Assembly: GCF_018977255.1 (NCBI RefSeq)
Contig: NW_024704742.1
Coordinates: 37,202,001-37,266,000, forward strand
Direction of reading: 5' to 3'
DNA: 64,000 nucleotides
DNA from: Callorhinchus milii
Taxonomy: Eukaryota
Of this stretch, positions 38,101 to 53,100 are shown piece by piece. Numbering within the stretch: position 1 is the first letter of the stretch; each line of letters opens with the position of its first letter. The position numbers and the translations under genes were made by a program. Under the pieces are notes generated by a model. It did no database searches, was not told where the DNA came from, and saw nothing but the letters and a program-made list of their open reading frames with translations.

Positions 38101-41100
38101 GCAGATAAAACAAAAAATAAAGTTATTTCAAATACCAGCCGTGGCATTGTACTGAAGCCAGGAGATGTTTTTGAGGTGGAATTATCTAAAAAAGAGAACA
38201 GCTTGGGCATAAGTGTCACGGTACTGTTTGGCAAGGTTTTCGTCTTTCTCTTTCTTTTTATACCAAATTTAGCATGCATAGGATTTAGACTCCGTGCTTC
38301 CATTTTATATTAAAAAAAAGTCTTTGTGTGAAGCAACTTAACATAAGCATTTATGTCTCAAATACACAAATACATTCATGATCACATTCATACATATATG
38401 CTCACGTGCATACTGCTCATATACATACGTGCATACTGCTTACATATAACAACAAAAAAAACTTGTACTTATATAGCGCCCTCCACACAGGGAAGGGTCT
38501 CAGAGCACTTAACAGTGGCGGAGCCTGACTCTGAGCCAGAGGGAGGGGCAGGTGACCATAAGCACGGCCGAAGAGGAAACTTTTCAAGCAGGACTTGAAA
38601 GAGGGGAGAGAGGGGGCAAGGTGGAGGGATTGAGGGAGAGTGTTCCAGAGTTTTAGGGCGTTGTGGCTGAAAGCGCGACCTCCGATGGTGGGACGGAGGG
38701 TGTGAGGGACGAGCAGGAGGCCAGTGCCAGTCAAGCGGCGGTGCCGGGAGGTGGATGGGGAGTGAGGAGGTCGGAGAGGTAGGGAGGTGCCAGGGAGTGA
38801 ATGGATTTGAATACGAGTGTGAGGATCTTGAAGTTGATCCATTCGGTGATGGGGACACTCATCCAGGCTTTGATGTCTGCCAGACAAGCTGATGGAACAT
38901 TGGCGGGCCTGGAGTTGGTAATGAAGGAGACAGAGTAGATTTGTGTGTCATCCACGTACATGTGGAAGTTTACCCTGTGTCTTCGGATGACATCATCCAC
39001 AGAGGGAGCATATAGATAAGGAAAAGAAGAGGGCCAAGAATGGAGCCCTGGGTACCCAGCAGGTGACCCGGTGGGGACGGGAGGAGAAACTATTTGCTGA
39101 GACAAAATGGAGATGGTTGGTTAAGTAGGACTTGAACCAAACAGTGCGGTCCCACTAAGGTAGATACACATACATACTGCTCACATACGTTTTCTGAATT
39201 GTTATGAGAGAAATTACGTCCTCTTCTCTCCATTCTCCCTGCTCAGCAGCTGACTCCATCTTTGTAAAATGCTCCAAGATATTATCCTATGTGAAGTTGT
39301 TACATGACTTAGCTAACATTGCAGAAGTTTAGGTGCAAATCTGTACTCCACCACTCTGTGGCACAGAGGGTTAATGCTCCAACATCTTCCAGAGTGTTAT
39401 ACTATACTGGAAATAAATTACAATGCTGACTTTTTTATGTTATGCTGCATTGATTTTGTTTATCTTCAGTATCTGTAGCATTAACTCATGCTATGTATTT
39501 GTTTTACTTCAGGGTGGTGTGAATACAAGTGTGAGACATGGTGGAATTTACGTAAAGGCTATTATACCAGGTGGTACAGCTGAGGCTGACGGACGTGTCC
39601 AAAAAGGTAAGCGGTTTTCTCAACACAACAGAAAAGATGAACTTTAAAGATCCCACTGCACTCTTTGAAAAAAGAAGGGAGTGATCTGACCAACAATCCT
39701 CCAGATAAAATTGGTCATCATTTCATGGTCATTTGTAAAACATTGTGCAAATTTTCTGCCACATCTACCAACAAATACACAGGCACTACACTTTACAGAA
39801 AACTCTGAAGTGCATTGAGATGTTTTGACATTATGGGTGCTGTATTAAATGCAGGATTTATTATTATATTTGACCTATATTTTTCTGACTTGTTGCCTGC
39901 CAGGTGACCGTGTCCTTTCTGTGAATGGAATCAACTTGGAGGGTGCAACTCATAAGCAGGCAGTAGAGACTCTGAGGAACACAGGCCAGGTGAGAAAGCT
40001 GCTTAGCAACCCTGTAAACAAGAGTAACATCTGGCACTGAATGAGACTTACGTTTATAATAATATATGCTGTGTATATACATAGTATATAATAATAATAA
40101 TAATAATAATAAGTATATGCATTGTCAGCCTGGTTCCATTGGTAGCACTCACGCCTATGAGTCAGAAGCTTGTGTGTTCCAAGACCCAGCTCAGGATTTG
40201 GTACTCATATAATCTAGGCTGACACTCCAATTCTGTGCTGTTGGGAGGGGATTTCTCTCCTCCTCATGGGTACCCAGCCGGTTCTGTTAAGCCCTCTGAG
40301 ATGTCTTTCCAAGGTGAAAGGCACCATATAAATGTAAATTTGTATTGTAATGTAAGGTGTCATCTTACAGAAGAGATGTAAAACCAAGATCCTGTTTGTC
40401 TGTTCAGGTGTATTTTTAAGATCCCATGGCACTATTCAAAAAGAGAAGGGAGTTTCTCCCAGGTGTCCTGACTAGCAATCTACCAAATAAAATTGGTCAT
40501 TCACTTCATGGTTGCTTGTGGGACATTGCTGTGTGCAATTGGCTGCTGCGAAGGGCTTAGAGACATCATCCTGATGTGAAAGGTGCTATATCAAATGTTA
40601 TCATAATTACACTGCCAGATTTTCTGTGGAACCCCATGGTTTTAATCACATAGTTAGGAGGATCAGATCATGGAATTGCAATGCTTGATAGCTTCTATTC
40701 TTGATCCTAAATTTTTGTTGGGTGAAATCTCTTTTTCTTCAGGTTGTCAGCCTGTTACTAGAGAAGGGGCAGCTTCCCGCGACCAGTGTTCACGCTCCTG
40801 TTACACCACAGTGTACACCTCCGTCTGCAGATAATCAGAATGGACCTCCTGACTCATCTGATAAATTGGAGTTCGAGACCAAACACACGCCAGCCACTGA
40901 CAAAGATTACAGTTTTGTTACTGATGGTGAGGGAATATGTTGATTTGTGTTCATCAAGAGAAAATTGGTAATATTGTATTGAAAGAAAATATGATGGCGA
41001 ATTCAAAAAAGAATATGGGAAAGAAAGCAGGAGAGTTCTGTAATTTTGCTTCTTTTTTCTCTCTCTTCTCCCCCACCCCTCTTCCAAAAAGACTTATAGT

Positions 41101-44100
41101 CTTGCTGAGTTATGGATCTAAAGGCAGCAATATTTAGCATCCTGCCCAAATTACATTCTTCATTTGTGGGTGTGCCAGTGAATGACATTAAACTACTTGA
41201 ATGCAAGGAGAGAATGGGAGACAGTTCTCACCTAAAGTCCATGCATATGCATTTCTAGCAGGGATCAGTGGGTAATGATCGAGAGGCAAAGCACCTTGAC
41301 TTTTGTTTTTATTTTTTCCTACGCATGTCAGAAGCACTCACATTTTGTTGTAGTAACCCTAATAATGAAGCTAAAAATGTAGTATTATATTGTAGTGGGA
41401 TTCTACTCTGTTCCAGCTGAGATCAGTTAAGTCAGCACAGATCAATGTTACCATTTTGAGATCTCGCCCTACTACTTTTGTGCCAGGCCAAAGTTCCCAG
41501 AGATAAAATGTATGATCCCAAAGAACCTGCATTTATGTTAAAAGCATTGTTAAGTGAGTGCCTAATGGATTAACAACTATCCTGTACTAATTGTCCTGCT
41601 AACAAGTTTTATATCGTCATGTTCATAGAATGTTACAGCTCACAAACAAGACCATTTGGCACATGTTTGTGCAGATGCTTTTTTCCACTTAATGCATCCA
41701 CTCTCCTGCATTCTCCCCTCCCCTTTTAATTTTTGTCTTTTTCGTGCATAAATCTAAATTATTTAATTGTTAGCATACTCTTTGAAAAGGTGGATGATAA
41801 GGTACAAACCACAACCCAGCAAACTAAAACGAGATGTCATGTTTAATTGCATATGTTGCTGATTTTGTTTGTTTTAACTTTCATAGAAAACAAGTTTGAA
41901 GTGAAGCTGTTGAAAGGCTCCTCAGGATTAGGCTTCAGTTTCATAGAAGGGAATGAAGCTGTCCCTGACCAGTCTGGGATGAAAATAGTGAGAATAAAGA
42001 AACTGTTCCCTGGGCAACCAGCATCCGAATGTGGGCAGATTGCTATTGGTGATGTGATATTGCAGGTGAACGGCACTCCTTTAAAAGGACTAACAAAGCA
42101 GGTAAGGAACGAGAAATGGTTTTATGTTTTAGTACAAAAAACATGAACTGCAATTAACTTTTGATTTCTGCAAATTGATTTTGTTATAACTGTTCAGAAA
42201 TGAAAGTGTAACTTCTCTCTTGAACTATTCCAAAGTGATTTTTCGGTATAGCTTAGACATGGATACCCAGAGCATGTTACTATAGTCAAACACTAATAAC
42301 ATCACTGGAGAGATGATAAAACAGGACTTCCAAAAATAATTAATTTATTTTGGACATTTTGTGGCTTTTATAAAAACTATTGGTAATTCACACATTGCAG
42401 TGTTCATGGAATTTGGGGTTAAATTTAATATAAATGTTCTCCTTATGACCTTGCAGAGATGTATTCCTGAATGTACAGTGGTATCTGACATACGACAGAC
42501 TCTGAAACGTTCCTGGAGAAAGCACAAAAAAACACAGATAACACAAAACTTACGCAAAAAAAATTCAGGCTATTCTGTAAAATAATGTCTGGTCCTTACT
42601 GAGTGCATTGTTTTTAATCACTGTTTAAATCTCTTAGTACTGTTGAATACATATGTTATTTAAAGCAGCCCTTTTTTTCCAGTGCTACTTTCAATTTAAC
42701 TAATGATGCATTAATCTAGGCTTTATTTGAAACACTTGTCAAATGTCCAACTTGTAACTATGCTCCTTGGAGGGAAGATAAAGCAGGATCTCCTTGTTGC
42801 TGAATTGGCTCCAAGGTAACATGCTTAGAAACTGAATGTCAAAATCGAAATATTCCTCAGTAATCTGGTTTCTGCCAGAAGAGACCTCAGTATTGCAGGG
42901 CATTGCTGATGACAGACCAGCCAGCCTGGTTCATCATCACTAGGACTTGGAGGGGCAGACTGATCACTTGGGGCATTCTTCCCACTCAGCTTTTATTTAA
43001 CCCTGCAAGCCAAAGCCCTAATGGGTAGGATGGTCCTAGCTAGACAAGCAGCAGGAAGCTTGCTAGACAGTGATTTCAATGGCAAGCTATGTGGTTTTAG
43101 TTGGTTTAACTCCAGCAGTATCCTTATGCACATGCTGGGGTCCTAGAGCCTTGGCTCTTGCCAACTTGTGCCGAATACACCTCAAACAAACACCATCTCG
43201 TATTTCTATAGATCTAAAATCTGTTTTCATGTGCATGAAAAGCAACCTCCCTGAAATGTGACTGATAATTGAAGTAAAAACAGCCTGGTTTAGAGACCAG
43301 CTTGATATAATACTTGTCAGTAGATAAAGTCTACACTAAATAGATAAACTAAATAGTTTCAATAGATAAACTTTGTATTTTAATATTTTCTGCTGTGGAT
43401 AGCTCACTTTTTATAATAATAACACAAGTTACAGGTTCCAACTTGTCCCATCTTTTTTGCGCAGCCACTTAAGTTATACCCCATTTCTATTGCCTATCTT
43501 GAACACGGAAATGTGGTGGGAAAGAGGAGACAGTGCCGTGTTTCAGTGCTGAAGGACCTTTATTTGCTTTAAAGTCATTTTCTGACGGTCTCGGTCTCAG
43601 CAGAGACTGCAGTGGCTTTATTTTTGCACTCGCTCAGATGATGAACAGTGATGTCTCTTGAGTCAGGTCAGCCAGTTCCACAGCAGGGAAACTAATTGCT
43701 GTATTGCCTCCGGAGATAATTAAACTAGAAATGGAAAATTGACATTGATATTCTTTGGAAATGCCCATTTACATTCTACAAGATTCAACCTGTACAACTT
43801 AATCGGGACTTCTTAACTTACATTAACAAGGAACTAATGCAGCACTGCAGAGTTGAGAAAGGGAGTTGAGGGCGGTGAGATGTGGATAGAACATTGAATA
43901 CTATAGTATTTTTCTGATGGAAAACAGGAGTGTATCAATCATTGCAGCACATATCCTAATGGAGGAGGAGGTAGAAAATATGATACAGTGGATATTGGGA
44001 GTCACAGCAGGTACCACTCCAGATTGTGGTTTTACTGCAGTAGTGGCTCAGACTAATCAGGAAGTTTGTGACTCATGAAATCCATGAATCTCATCCATAG

Positions 44101-47100
44101 AGCTTTACAGAGACTGTCCACCATTAGTTCTGTATTACCAATAGCGCTGAAGGTCACCGAATCTCCAGTGTAGATGTACCAAGGCTGAATGGCAGCCTGC
44201 TGCAGCTGCTTGTATGGAGGTCTTTTGCTAACAGCTTCATTTATTAATGTATACATATTTTCTCAGCCAAATTCGGCGAGGGGTTTGTTGCATATTACTG
44301 TAGCCAACTTGGAAGAGTGGTTTGTTGCAAATGCCTATGTCTGGATATATATCTTTAGTTGTAAGGAATTTTAAGATGATGAATTACCTGCAGTCAGGAG
44401 AGCTTATGCAAAACCAGATACAAGGTAATTGATCTGGGCTTTTTAATTCTATGTTGGACTATCTGATAGAAACTAACTGGATGATATTAAAATATCTTCC
44501 ACTGTAGCTTTATAAGAAATCTGTATGAACTGATTGGGTTGAGTCGAGTTCTTCCAAATTGCAAAATGACTGGGTATAACTGACTGAATGAATACAATCA
44601 TTTGAGCTCCCACCACAAGATATATTAGGTACCTAAACACAATGATTATCACTTCAATAACATACGACCACCACAGAAGATATTGGACCTCGAGGCACAC
44701 ATCCCAAGAAGTGCAAATTATTTTTATTCTAGGGAATCGACTTTCATGCAGTCAGCCTTTTCACTGCTGTCATTTAGACATTTTTGCCAAGGATTCTGTG
44801 TTTCATAGCTGGATACTCTGAAGGGTTTATTTAACTTTAGAGAGATCAAGTGGCTGGTTCAGAAGTATGAAGTCCACATTTTTGCAAGTATATTATCATT
44901 GGCCGCTATGCTTTTGTAAGCACAAACAAAATTAGGTTTCTCAGACTTGGCACTTAAGGATCCTAGCCACTCCCTCTGTTTTGTTAGCCTTTTGTTTATA
45001 TCATAGTAAGGTCAACTCCCATCATTCGGACACAACAGAGGGAGCCTCCTCTGTAGCTTGTGCTGTACTGAACTCTAAAGTGTTTGCTAAAAATGGGTAA
45101 TGAAACAACAGTGTTCCATTCTTTGAGTCTGACACTACTTCCCCTTGATGAACAGAACAATTAAAAACAAAAAATGTTGCTGTCTGAGACAACATCAATT
45201 TTACTTTCTCTTCTCTGCAGGAAATTGTGTCCGTCCTCAGAAGCACAGCTGAAGATGTTACTCTGGTGCTTTGCAGGCCTGAACATGGTGTATTACCAAG
45301 CGTTGACTCCTCTTTGGTGAGTGTTATTGCTTATGTTATTGCTAATGTTTATGGTCAATTGCAGAATTATTTTTAATGGAAAATAGGAAACCAAATATAT
45401 ATTAGTCATATGTATTAGTCCAGTTAGAAAAATGTACACTTCCACAGTATCAACACTACAAATGGAGTATGCTCAAAAACAGGAATCAGAAAGACATCAA
45501 TACAAGATATGCAGAAGTGTTTCAATCACACTTGACAAAGGCATATGGTTCATTTATGCTTTACTTTTGTAAAGATTATATTCTGTTTGCATCTGGAGTG
45601 ATTCCTTGGAATGATACGATTCCTTGGAATTCACATGGAAGATAATCATGAATCTGGGATTGTATATATTTTACTTTTTTCTAATGTTTCTATTTTCTGG
45701 TTTGATTGTAACCTTGAAAACCTCCTGCTATCTATTGTTGTTTTCTGAGTTGTGAGGTGCTTCCAGCCTTGTACAAATGAAGATAAAGCCACTAAAGTAT
45801 GATTTTTGTGTTACAGAGTTTAATTAGCTCACATTCTGAAGGGATTTACGGAACCAAATTACAGTACCAAAGCACTGACAGCTCAGCGGAGTCTGGAAAA
45901 ACAAACAGTTTCACTGGTGACAGTGTAGATGACTGTGGTAATGATGAAGAGATTGAAAATAAAGACTTTCAGAATCTGAGACTGAGGTCTTCTTCCAGAA
46001 GGGACAGCTACAGTGACAGTACAGATTGTGATGATGGGGACAGGCACACCACATCAAAGCAAGACGCCAGCACCAACAAAAGCATCACTGTTTGCCAAAT
46101 GACTGGGAATGTGATTTCCTTCTCCAACAACCAGTATGAAATGTCATATAGCCAGGAAAAGGCCAGTGTTTACTTCTCCCCTCAGGATTCAACTTCTAAA
46201 CTGGAGCTCACCAGCAGGTTGGTTTCAGACTGTCCATTTTAACAAGGTTCTTTCCTTCCATGATTGTAATAAAAAAGTAATAGCACATACGTGATCACAC
46301 TTACTTGGAATTGGGTTGAGACCTCCCAAGTTCAGTGGACATAGAATTCTTAGAGACAGTAATGACTGTTTTTTCCTTACTTGAACTGGGTTTGAACCAT
46401 TATGTCTTAGAGATGAAAAGACAAACCAATGTTATTGCATACTCTTTTCACCCCACCCCCTTTTTTTAAATGAATAATGAGATATCACACTTGGAAACTA
46501 GTTTATTTTCAGTTCAGGAATGAAGCCTGTTTTACTTGACAAGCAGAGCAAAGCATATCAATTGCAGTAGGTACTCCTTTGCACGCTTTGCCTTGACATC
46601 TGTCAATCTGTGACGTGGGTAAGCAAGCAAGGTATATTCCCCAGACAGAGAGAGTGCGTACTCCAGAATTGGCAAACAAAATTTAGTTCCTTGGTAGTTG
46701 TAACTGGAGACTTTAGCAAAACAAGGGCTAGCATGTCTATCAGGCACCTGCCTGACCAGAACAATGTTTGTAAATGTAAATTTGTTTTTCCGAGCTTATC
46801 TCTATTCTGTTTATTTTGTAGAAAACCGCCTTCACCGACACTTCTAGACCTCTCGACAGAACAGAGGTTCAGTCTCGGACCTGAGGTTCCCTCTCCTACA
46901 CCAGTAGATGAGAACTCACTTACTTCCAGTTCAAGATCTGAAGCAGTAACCTCTGGGTCTGCAGAGGTAGCAGCAGCACAACATCTAGACACTGAGTGTC
47001 ATGAGGAGGAGGAGGAGGCTGAATTACATCCTGTAACTATGATCTTATTGGTTTCCTTTGAAATTCCTATTCATTTTTTGACAGAATAAATCATTTATTT

Positions 47101-50100
47101 ACATATTATTTATAAATCATTGTATTTACTTATTCCAACCTGCTCCAAGTCCCCCGCCCGTCCTGCCCCACCATCGGAGGTCAGGCCTTCATCCATCCCC
47201 CAATCCCTTCACCTCGCTCCCTCCCTTGCCTCCTTCAAGACCCATGTCAAGACCCTCCCTTGAATCGGACCTTTGGTCACCCTCCTACCCCCATCCTCCA
47301 TTCCCTCCACCCCTGTCGATACCATATAGTCTAAGCTGACACCAATGCAATGCTGGGGATTTGCTGCACTGTCAGAGGAGCCATCCTTCTGATGAGGTTA
47401 AACTGAGCCCTCAACTGCCTGTCTAGGTGGACATTAAAGATCCCATTTCATTATTTGAAAAGAGAAGGGAGTTTCTCCCAGAGTCCTGGCAAACAACACC
47501 TCAAATAAAGAATTGGTCATTCACTTCATGGGACATTACTGTGCTCAAATTGCATTCACCCGCAAAACATACAGTCACTACATTTTACAAGTGGGAAATG
47601 CTTTGAGATGTCCTCCCGATGTCAAAGACACTATACCAAAAGTAAGGTTATTATGATTGTATTTACATGCAATTGGGACTAATTCTACAGTTCGTATCAT
47701 TTTGTTTTCTTGAACAAATAAGTGAGAATCTATTAAACAAATTGTTCACTTAATACATCAGTAGTTTTAATTAGTTAAAATTGTTTTAAGTTATTCTGAT
47801 TGGAATTTTTGTTACTACAGGAAGCAGAATTGCACGTCACTCTGAACAAGTCAGAAAAAGGGAGTCTGGGATTCACAGTGACCAAAGGAGATGACAACAT
47901 TGGCTGCTACATCCATGACGTCATCCAGGATCCTGCAAAAAGTGACGGGAGACTACGACCTGGTGACAGGCTTATCATGGTATGTATAACCAGCCAAAAC
48001 TTGGTCCAAAATAATTAGCTTAATTTGTGTGTGTGTGTGTTTTGAGAAACAAAGAAGATAGAAGGGCTAGTTATTTTCTGCCCTTTTAGTTAAATGACAA
48101 AAAGCAATAGAAAGAATCTCATATCAAAAGAAGCAATCTTTTATTTAATTCCGACACAACCCTCTGTCTTTGTGTCCTCAGTTGTTTTGGTACTGAATTT
48201 AAGGCTATGCCTCACCACCCCGCCCTGTAAGAGAGCCCTCTATGAGAGTGAAGAGTTGTCCACAATCTAATCTGTCAGTTGGTTTCATTGTTGAATACCT
48301 CAATTAAATCACCTCTTCCAACCTCCTATAATAACAATTTGGTCACTCAGTCCATGACTGTTTGAGGGACACTCCTGTACACAATTGACTGCCATGTTTC
48401 ATCCACAAAATATACAGTCAGTACATTACATTATATTCTGTGAAGCACTTTGAGATGTCTCAAAGATGTGATAAAGCGCTATATCAAATGCAAGGATTAT
48501 TATTATATTATATAAGAATAGTTAAATCCTCCAAATCTTTTGTGTTATTGTTGCTGTTGTTGTTATTAAAAACAGATTGTTTACAATTAGGATACAATGT
48601 GATTTAAGCTTTGTAACTATCTTAGATTTTTAAAGGAAATTATGATATTATAGTACAGTGTATTTGAAAAGTGAAAAAGAATATGAAATATCCTGTTTCT
48701 AAATCTTTTGAACAGTAAGGTTCTTGCAGGTTTCAAACCAATCAAAATATAATTTATTACCTGGCACTTATATATTGTGCAAATTGTAGGAATGTCTGAA
48801 GGTTGCCAAATCTGTATTGATTGATGCTAGTGTGAACTGTTTTACCAAAGCCAATCTTTCAATTCCTGTTAAAATTCTATGAAATTCTGTACGAATAGCA
48901 TCTGTTGCCATTTCAACAAAGTTTTTGTGGGAGTAAAGTTTAAAGTTTGTGTGAAGGAATTGCTTCTCTGTACATTTTTAAGTTCAGGATTTTAACGCAC
49001 ACATCATTGCTTGAATAACAAAAAAGAGTCGGATTGCAAGCCTGGCTTCCTACGAGCCAAAGCTTCCAGACATAACAAGTCCGAGCACCACCAGGGATAG
49101 AGTAGGCATGCAAAGGGGCGTTTATGTTGAATGACTCAATTTTTTGAAGCTGTGGCTTACTTGATAAGAACTTCAGAGTTTCTTTTGGCACTCTGCAATA
49201 GGTGAATGGTGTTGACATCACCAGCATGAGTCACACAGAAGCAGTGGATTTTCTTCGATCAATCCCAGATGCAGTTACTCTCGTGATTGGAAGAGTCCTG
49301 GAAATACCAGAGTTTCCAATAGAGCCAGATATGCTTCCTGCGATTACAATGATCTCCCACGAACAGGAACTGGGTAATGTTATTTTACAAGAAATATTGT
49401 AAAATAGTCATTGTAATTATGAAAAAATAGTCATTGTAATAATGAAAAAAGTCATGAGAGATTTAAGTACCTATTTTGCGTTTTCTACTGAAATCTTGTC
49501 TAGTCTTAAAAATGCTTTTTCCTGTTTTCTTTTCAATAGTATAGAATATAACTAAGTATTGTGTGCAGTAAAGATATGTATTTAAGTTAGTGCAAGCTGT
49601 TCTGCGATATAAAATGTTACTGAAATCCTCATTACCGGATGGTTAATTTACAGATTTAACATTTTTGTGAACGGCATTGTATGTTTCAAATTCTTTGTCT
49701 AACAATTATTAATATTTTATTTAACGGGGAGGTTAAGGATCATTATAGTTTAACATAACAATGTCTTTCATTCTACTGGATTATTACTTAAAAATAAAAC
49801 CAAGTTGAGATGGTGCCTGTTACTTACTGTGTGTTTTAGATAGACAGGATTGCTGCATTTGTGTGCAGTATTTTGTGTACAGTTTAACTTCAGAAAGCAC
49901 ACATGACCTCTTATTTAAATTCTACAGTACAATTTACATTCAGATAAATGTTAAAATCATTGGACAACTTCTCAGTATAAAGAACCAGTGAATGTTCTGA
50001 GCGAGTCTTCTCTATTATTTAGGCTTATCTCTGGCTGGAGGAAGTGAAACCATTTACCAGGCAATTTACATTGGTGACATCACTCCAGGTTCAGCTGCTG

Positions 50101-53100
50101 ACACAGAGGGGAGTCTGCAGCCACTGGACCTTATCCATTATATTAATGAGGTCAGCACCCATGGGATGACAACAAATGAGGCAAAGGCAGCTCTTCTGAA
50201 TGTATATCCTACCATCACCTTGAAAGCCACAAGGTATTGCAAAATCTGTGTGTTGTTGTAATTTGTAATATGTTTCTGTTTTGCAAGTTAGGTTACATAT
50301 TAATTGGTTATTATGTGGAATCCTGTAGCTCAGTGGTTGGAGCGCTTGTCTCGCAAGCAAGAGGACCTGGGTTCGATTCCTGGGCGGGGCGAAATGTTGG
50401 ACAAGTTTCCTTACTCTACACATCTCTGTTACCCTTGCAGTAAGTAAGAACCCGGTTGTTAGTCATTTGGCGGATCGCTTTTCCGGAGGTAACAATTCCT
50501 TAAAAAAAATTGGTCACTCAATCCACGACTGTTTGTGGGACACCTTTTGTATGCAATTGGCTGCCATGTTTCACTTACAAAGCATACAGTCAATTTTCTT
50601 TACAGTATATTCTGTGAAGCTCTTTGAGACGTCTTGAAGATGTGATAAGGAACTATATCGAATGCAAGGATTATTATTAGCTCAACTAGAAAGAAATTTC
50701 AAAACTGCTTTTATAACAGCTGATGAGAATTCCTTTTAGCCTGCTTTCTCCATACCACATTTATGTTTAACTCTCTTGTCAGATACAATAATTCTACACT
50801 GGATTATAGGCCAATTGTTGGACTTTCTGATTCCACCTTGGTGGGAGTTGAACTATTATTCCATTCAGGATTGAACGTGGGGTCTTTGTGGTTTGAGTAA
50901 TTAAGTGTATGAGCACAGCAGCCTAAACATTGCCCACTGAGACATCAGGGGAACTATTATTTCTATTTTGTGTTTGTTGGGTATGGAAGGGTCAATCTAA
51001 AAGCTCCCTGGATAGTAGTAATTATTATATGAGGTTTATGCCTGTATTGAGTTTGCTAAAGGAATAAAAGCCAGTTTTCCTCAGAAACAATCTGTTTACA
51101 TTCTCACTAATTGAACTGAAAAAGCCAATAAGAAAACACACCCCTATTCTTGAGACTGACTGTTCATTAACAAGGCACCATTTATGCAAGCGCAGGAATT
51201 AGACTGCAACCCACGGTTTGTCTGACTCAGTTCTGAATCAATACCACTAATTAATCCTTGGAGCATTGCATTTAGCATGGCTGCATCATGATGAAAATAA
51301 GAGATCATTAAAATAATACATCAATAAATAAAGCTGTTTTCTGACAACTGTTAGTTACTTTGATTTCATAATAATAATAATCCTTGCATTTGATATAGCG
51401 CTTTTCACATCTTCTAGACGTCCCAAAGCGCTTCACAGAACACATTTTAAAGTGAATTGACTGTATATTTGTGGGCGAACGCGGCAGCCAATTGCGCACA
51501 GCAATGTCCCACAAACAGTCGTAGATTGAAAATGACCGATTTATTATTGTTTTTTGTTTTGGAGGGATTATTATTAGGCTCCTTGTGGAGTAAGGAAACT
51601 TGCCCAAGGTTTCGCCCTCTGCCTGGAATTGAACTCAGGTCTCTCGCTTGCAAAGCGAATGCTCTAACCACTGAGCTACAGGACTCCACACTTTTTACTA
51701 AGTTTACTAAATTCCCCCTCTGATTTTCTCCTCTCCTGCTTGGGTACAGTTCAACACATATCCAGCCACCTTCACATGTTGGGGGTTTGTTTTGTGAGCT
51801 AGGCAGTGACTATGAGGAGACGACTTGATAGCTAAGTCCAATTCTTCCACAACTGTTAGCATATATCTTTGCCTGACTTTTTCTCGCTGTCTCGCTTCTT
51901 TGACTTGATACCCAGTCCTGTAGAATTCACCCTTTAGAGATCAGCTTATCTAGGCTTGAGCCATTCTGCATTGTGTTGCTGGAACTCCATCCCAGAATCG
52001 CTTTCCTCCCTCTCTACTTTCCAAATTGCCTTCTAATGTGCTTTTGACCACCTTCCTCCTCAGATTCCCCTCATCTTCAGCTCAAGCTCCCAGTCAATTG
52101 TGTGAATTTCCTTGAGATATTTTTCTGATGTGAAAAGCTTTATACTTTATGAAACTAACATGTTATTGTTCCCACATGAACAATGCTACATTATATGTTT
52201 GCAAGTTGTTGTATGAGAGCACTTCAAAAGTAGCCAAGTATAGCTATTTGACAAACTGTTCTGGATAGACTTGGCTATCATTTCTATCCCTTCCCCAGCT
52301 CAAACACTCACTGTCTAGTTCAATAAGAAGCCTGGTTGCTTATATAAGGTGATGGAGGGTGGCTAATGCCTGTGGAACTCTACCCAAACCCAGGAGATTA
52401 CAAAGCTGCTTCGAGTTGAAGCACTTTTGCAGAAATAGCACAGCATGAGACTAAAATGTTTTATTGCTCAGAATAACCAGCATGTTGAATGGTTAAAAAC
52501 TTTGAGTTGTGTTTAACCCTTTTGCATCAATCACATTTGTTTGAGGTTCACCTTCTGGAAGGATATCATTAAAAACAGGATTGAGCTTTACAACACATGC
52601 ACTGTTTTCCACTCCATGCTTTGCATTTGGATTAATCTGCTACAGCCACCATATTTCTTCCATTGTGGCTCCCTGAAGGATCTTATTGCGTGACTGAGAT
52701 TGAAATGTGATCTGAAATGAAATTATGTTTTACAGCAATATATAAATGTAATTTCTTTGTATTGTATTGAATCACGTTCAGCCAAAAAATAGAATGTCAT
52801 ATTAAAAAAAGAAAATATTAATTAAAAAATCACACTCATTTAGTGTGACATTTTCAGTAATTTACTGGCTAACAGAGAATAAGTATTGTCTTTTGGAGAA
52901 TTCTTCTCTTTCCTCCAATCCTCCCTCCCTCCAACACTGATCATTTAAATAGAAACCTGATCCAGTATTGAATTAGCAGCTACTGGGGAGAAAATTTTGT
53001 GTTTAGTTTATCCACACCTGTGCAGATGCTTAATAGTTTTTCACCTGACAATGCCTGGTCTCACTTGGTTCAGTGTGAATTGATTATGAATAGGTGTTGA

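Noticed and set aside
49400..49455. 23-bp tandem duplication after an exon donor (a similar 16-bp one near 56293)
   Set aside because: Ordinary slippage duplications with no sign of function.
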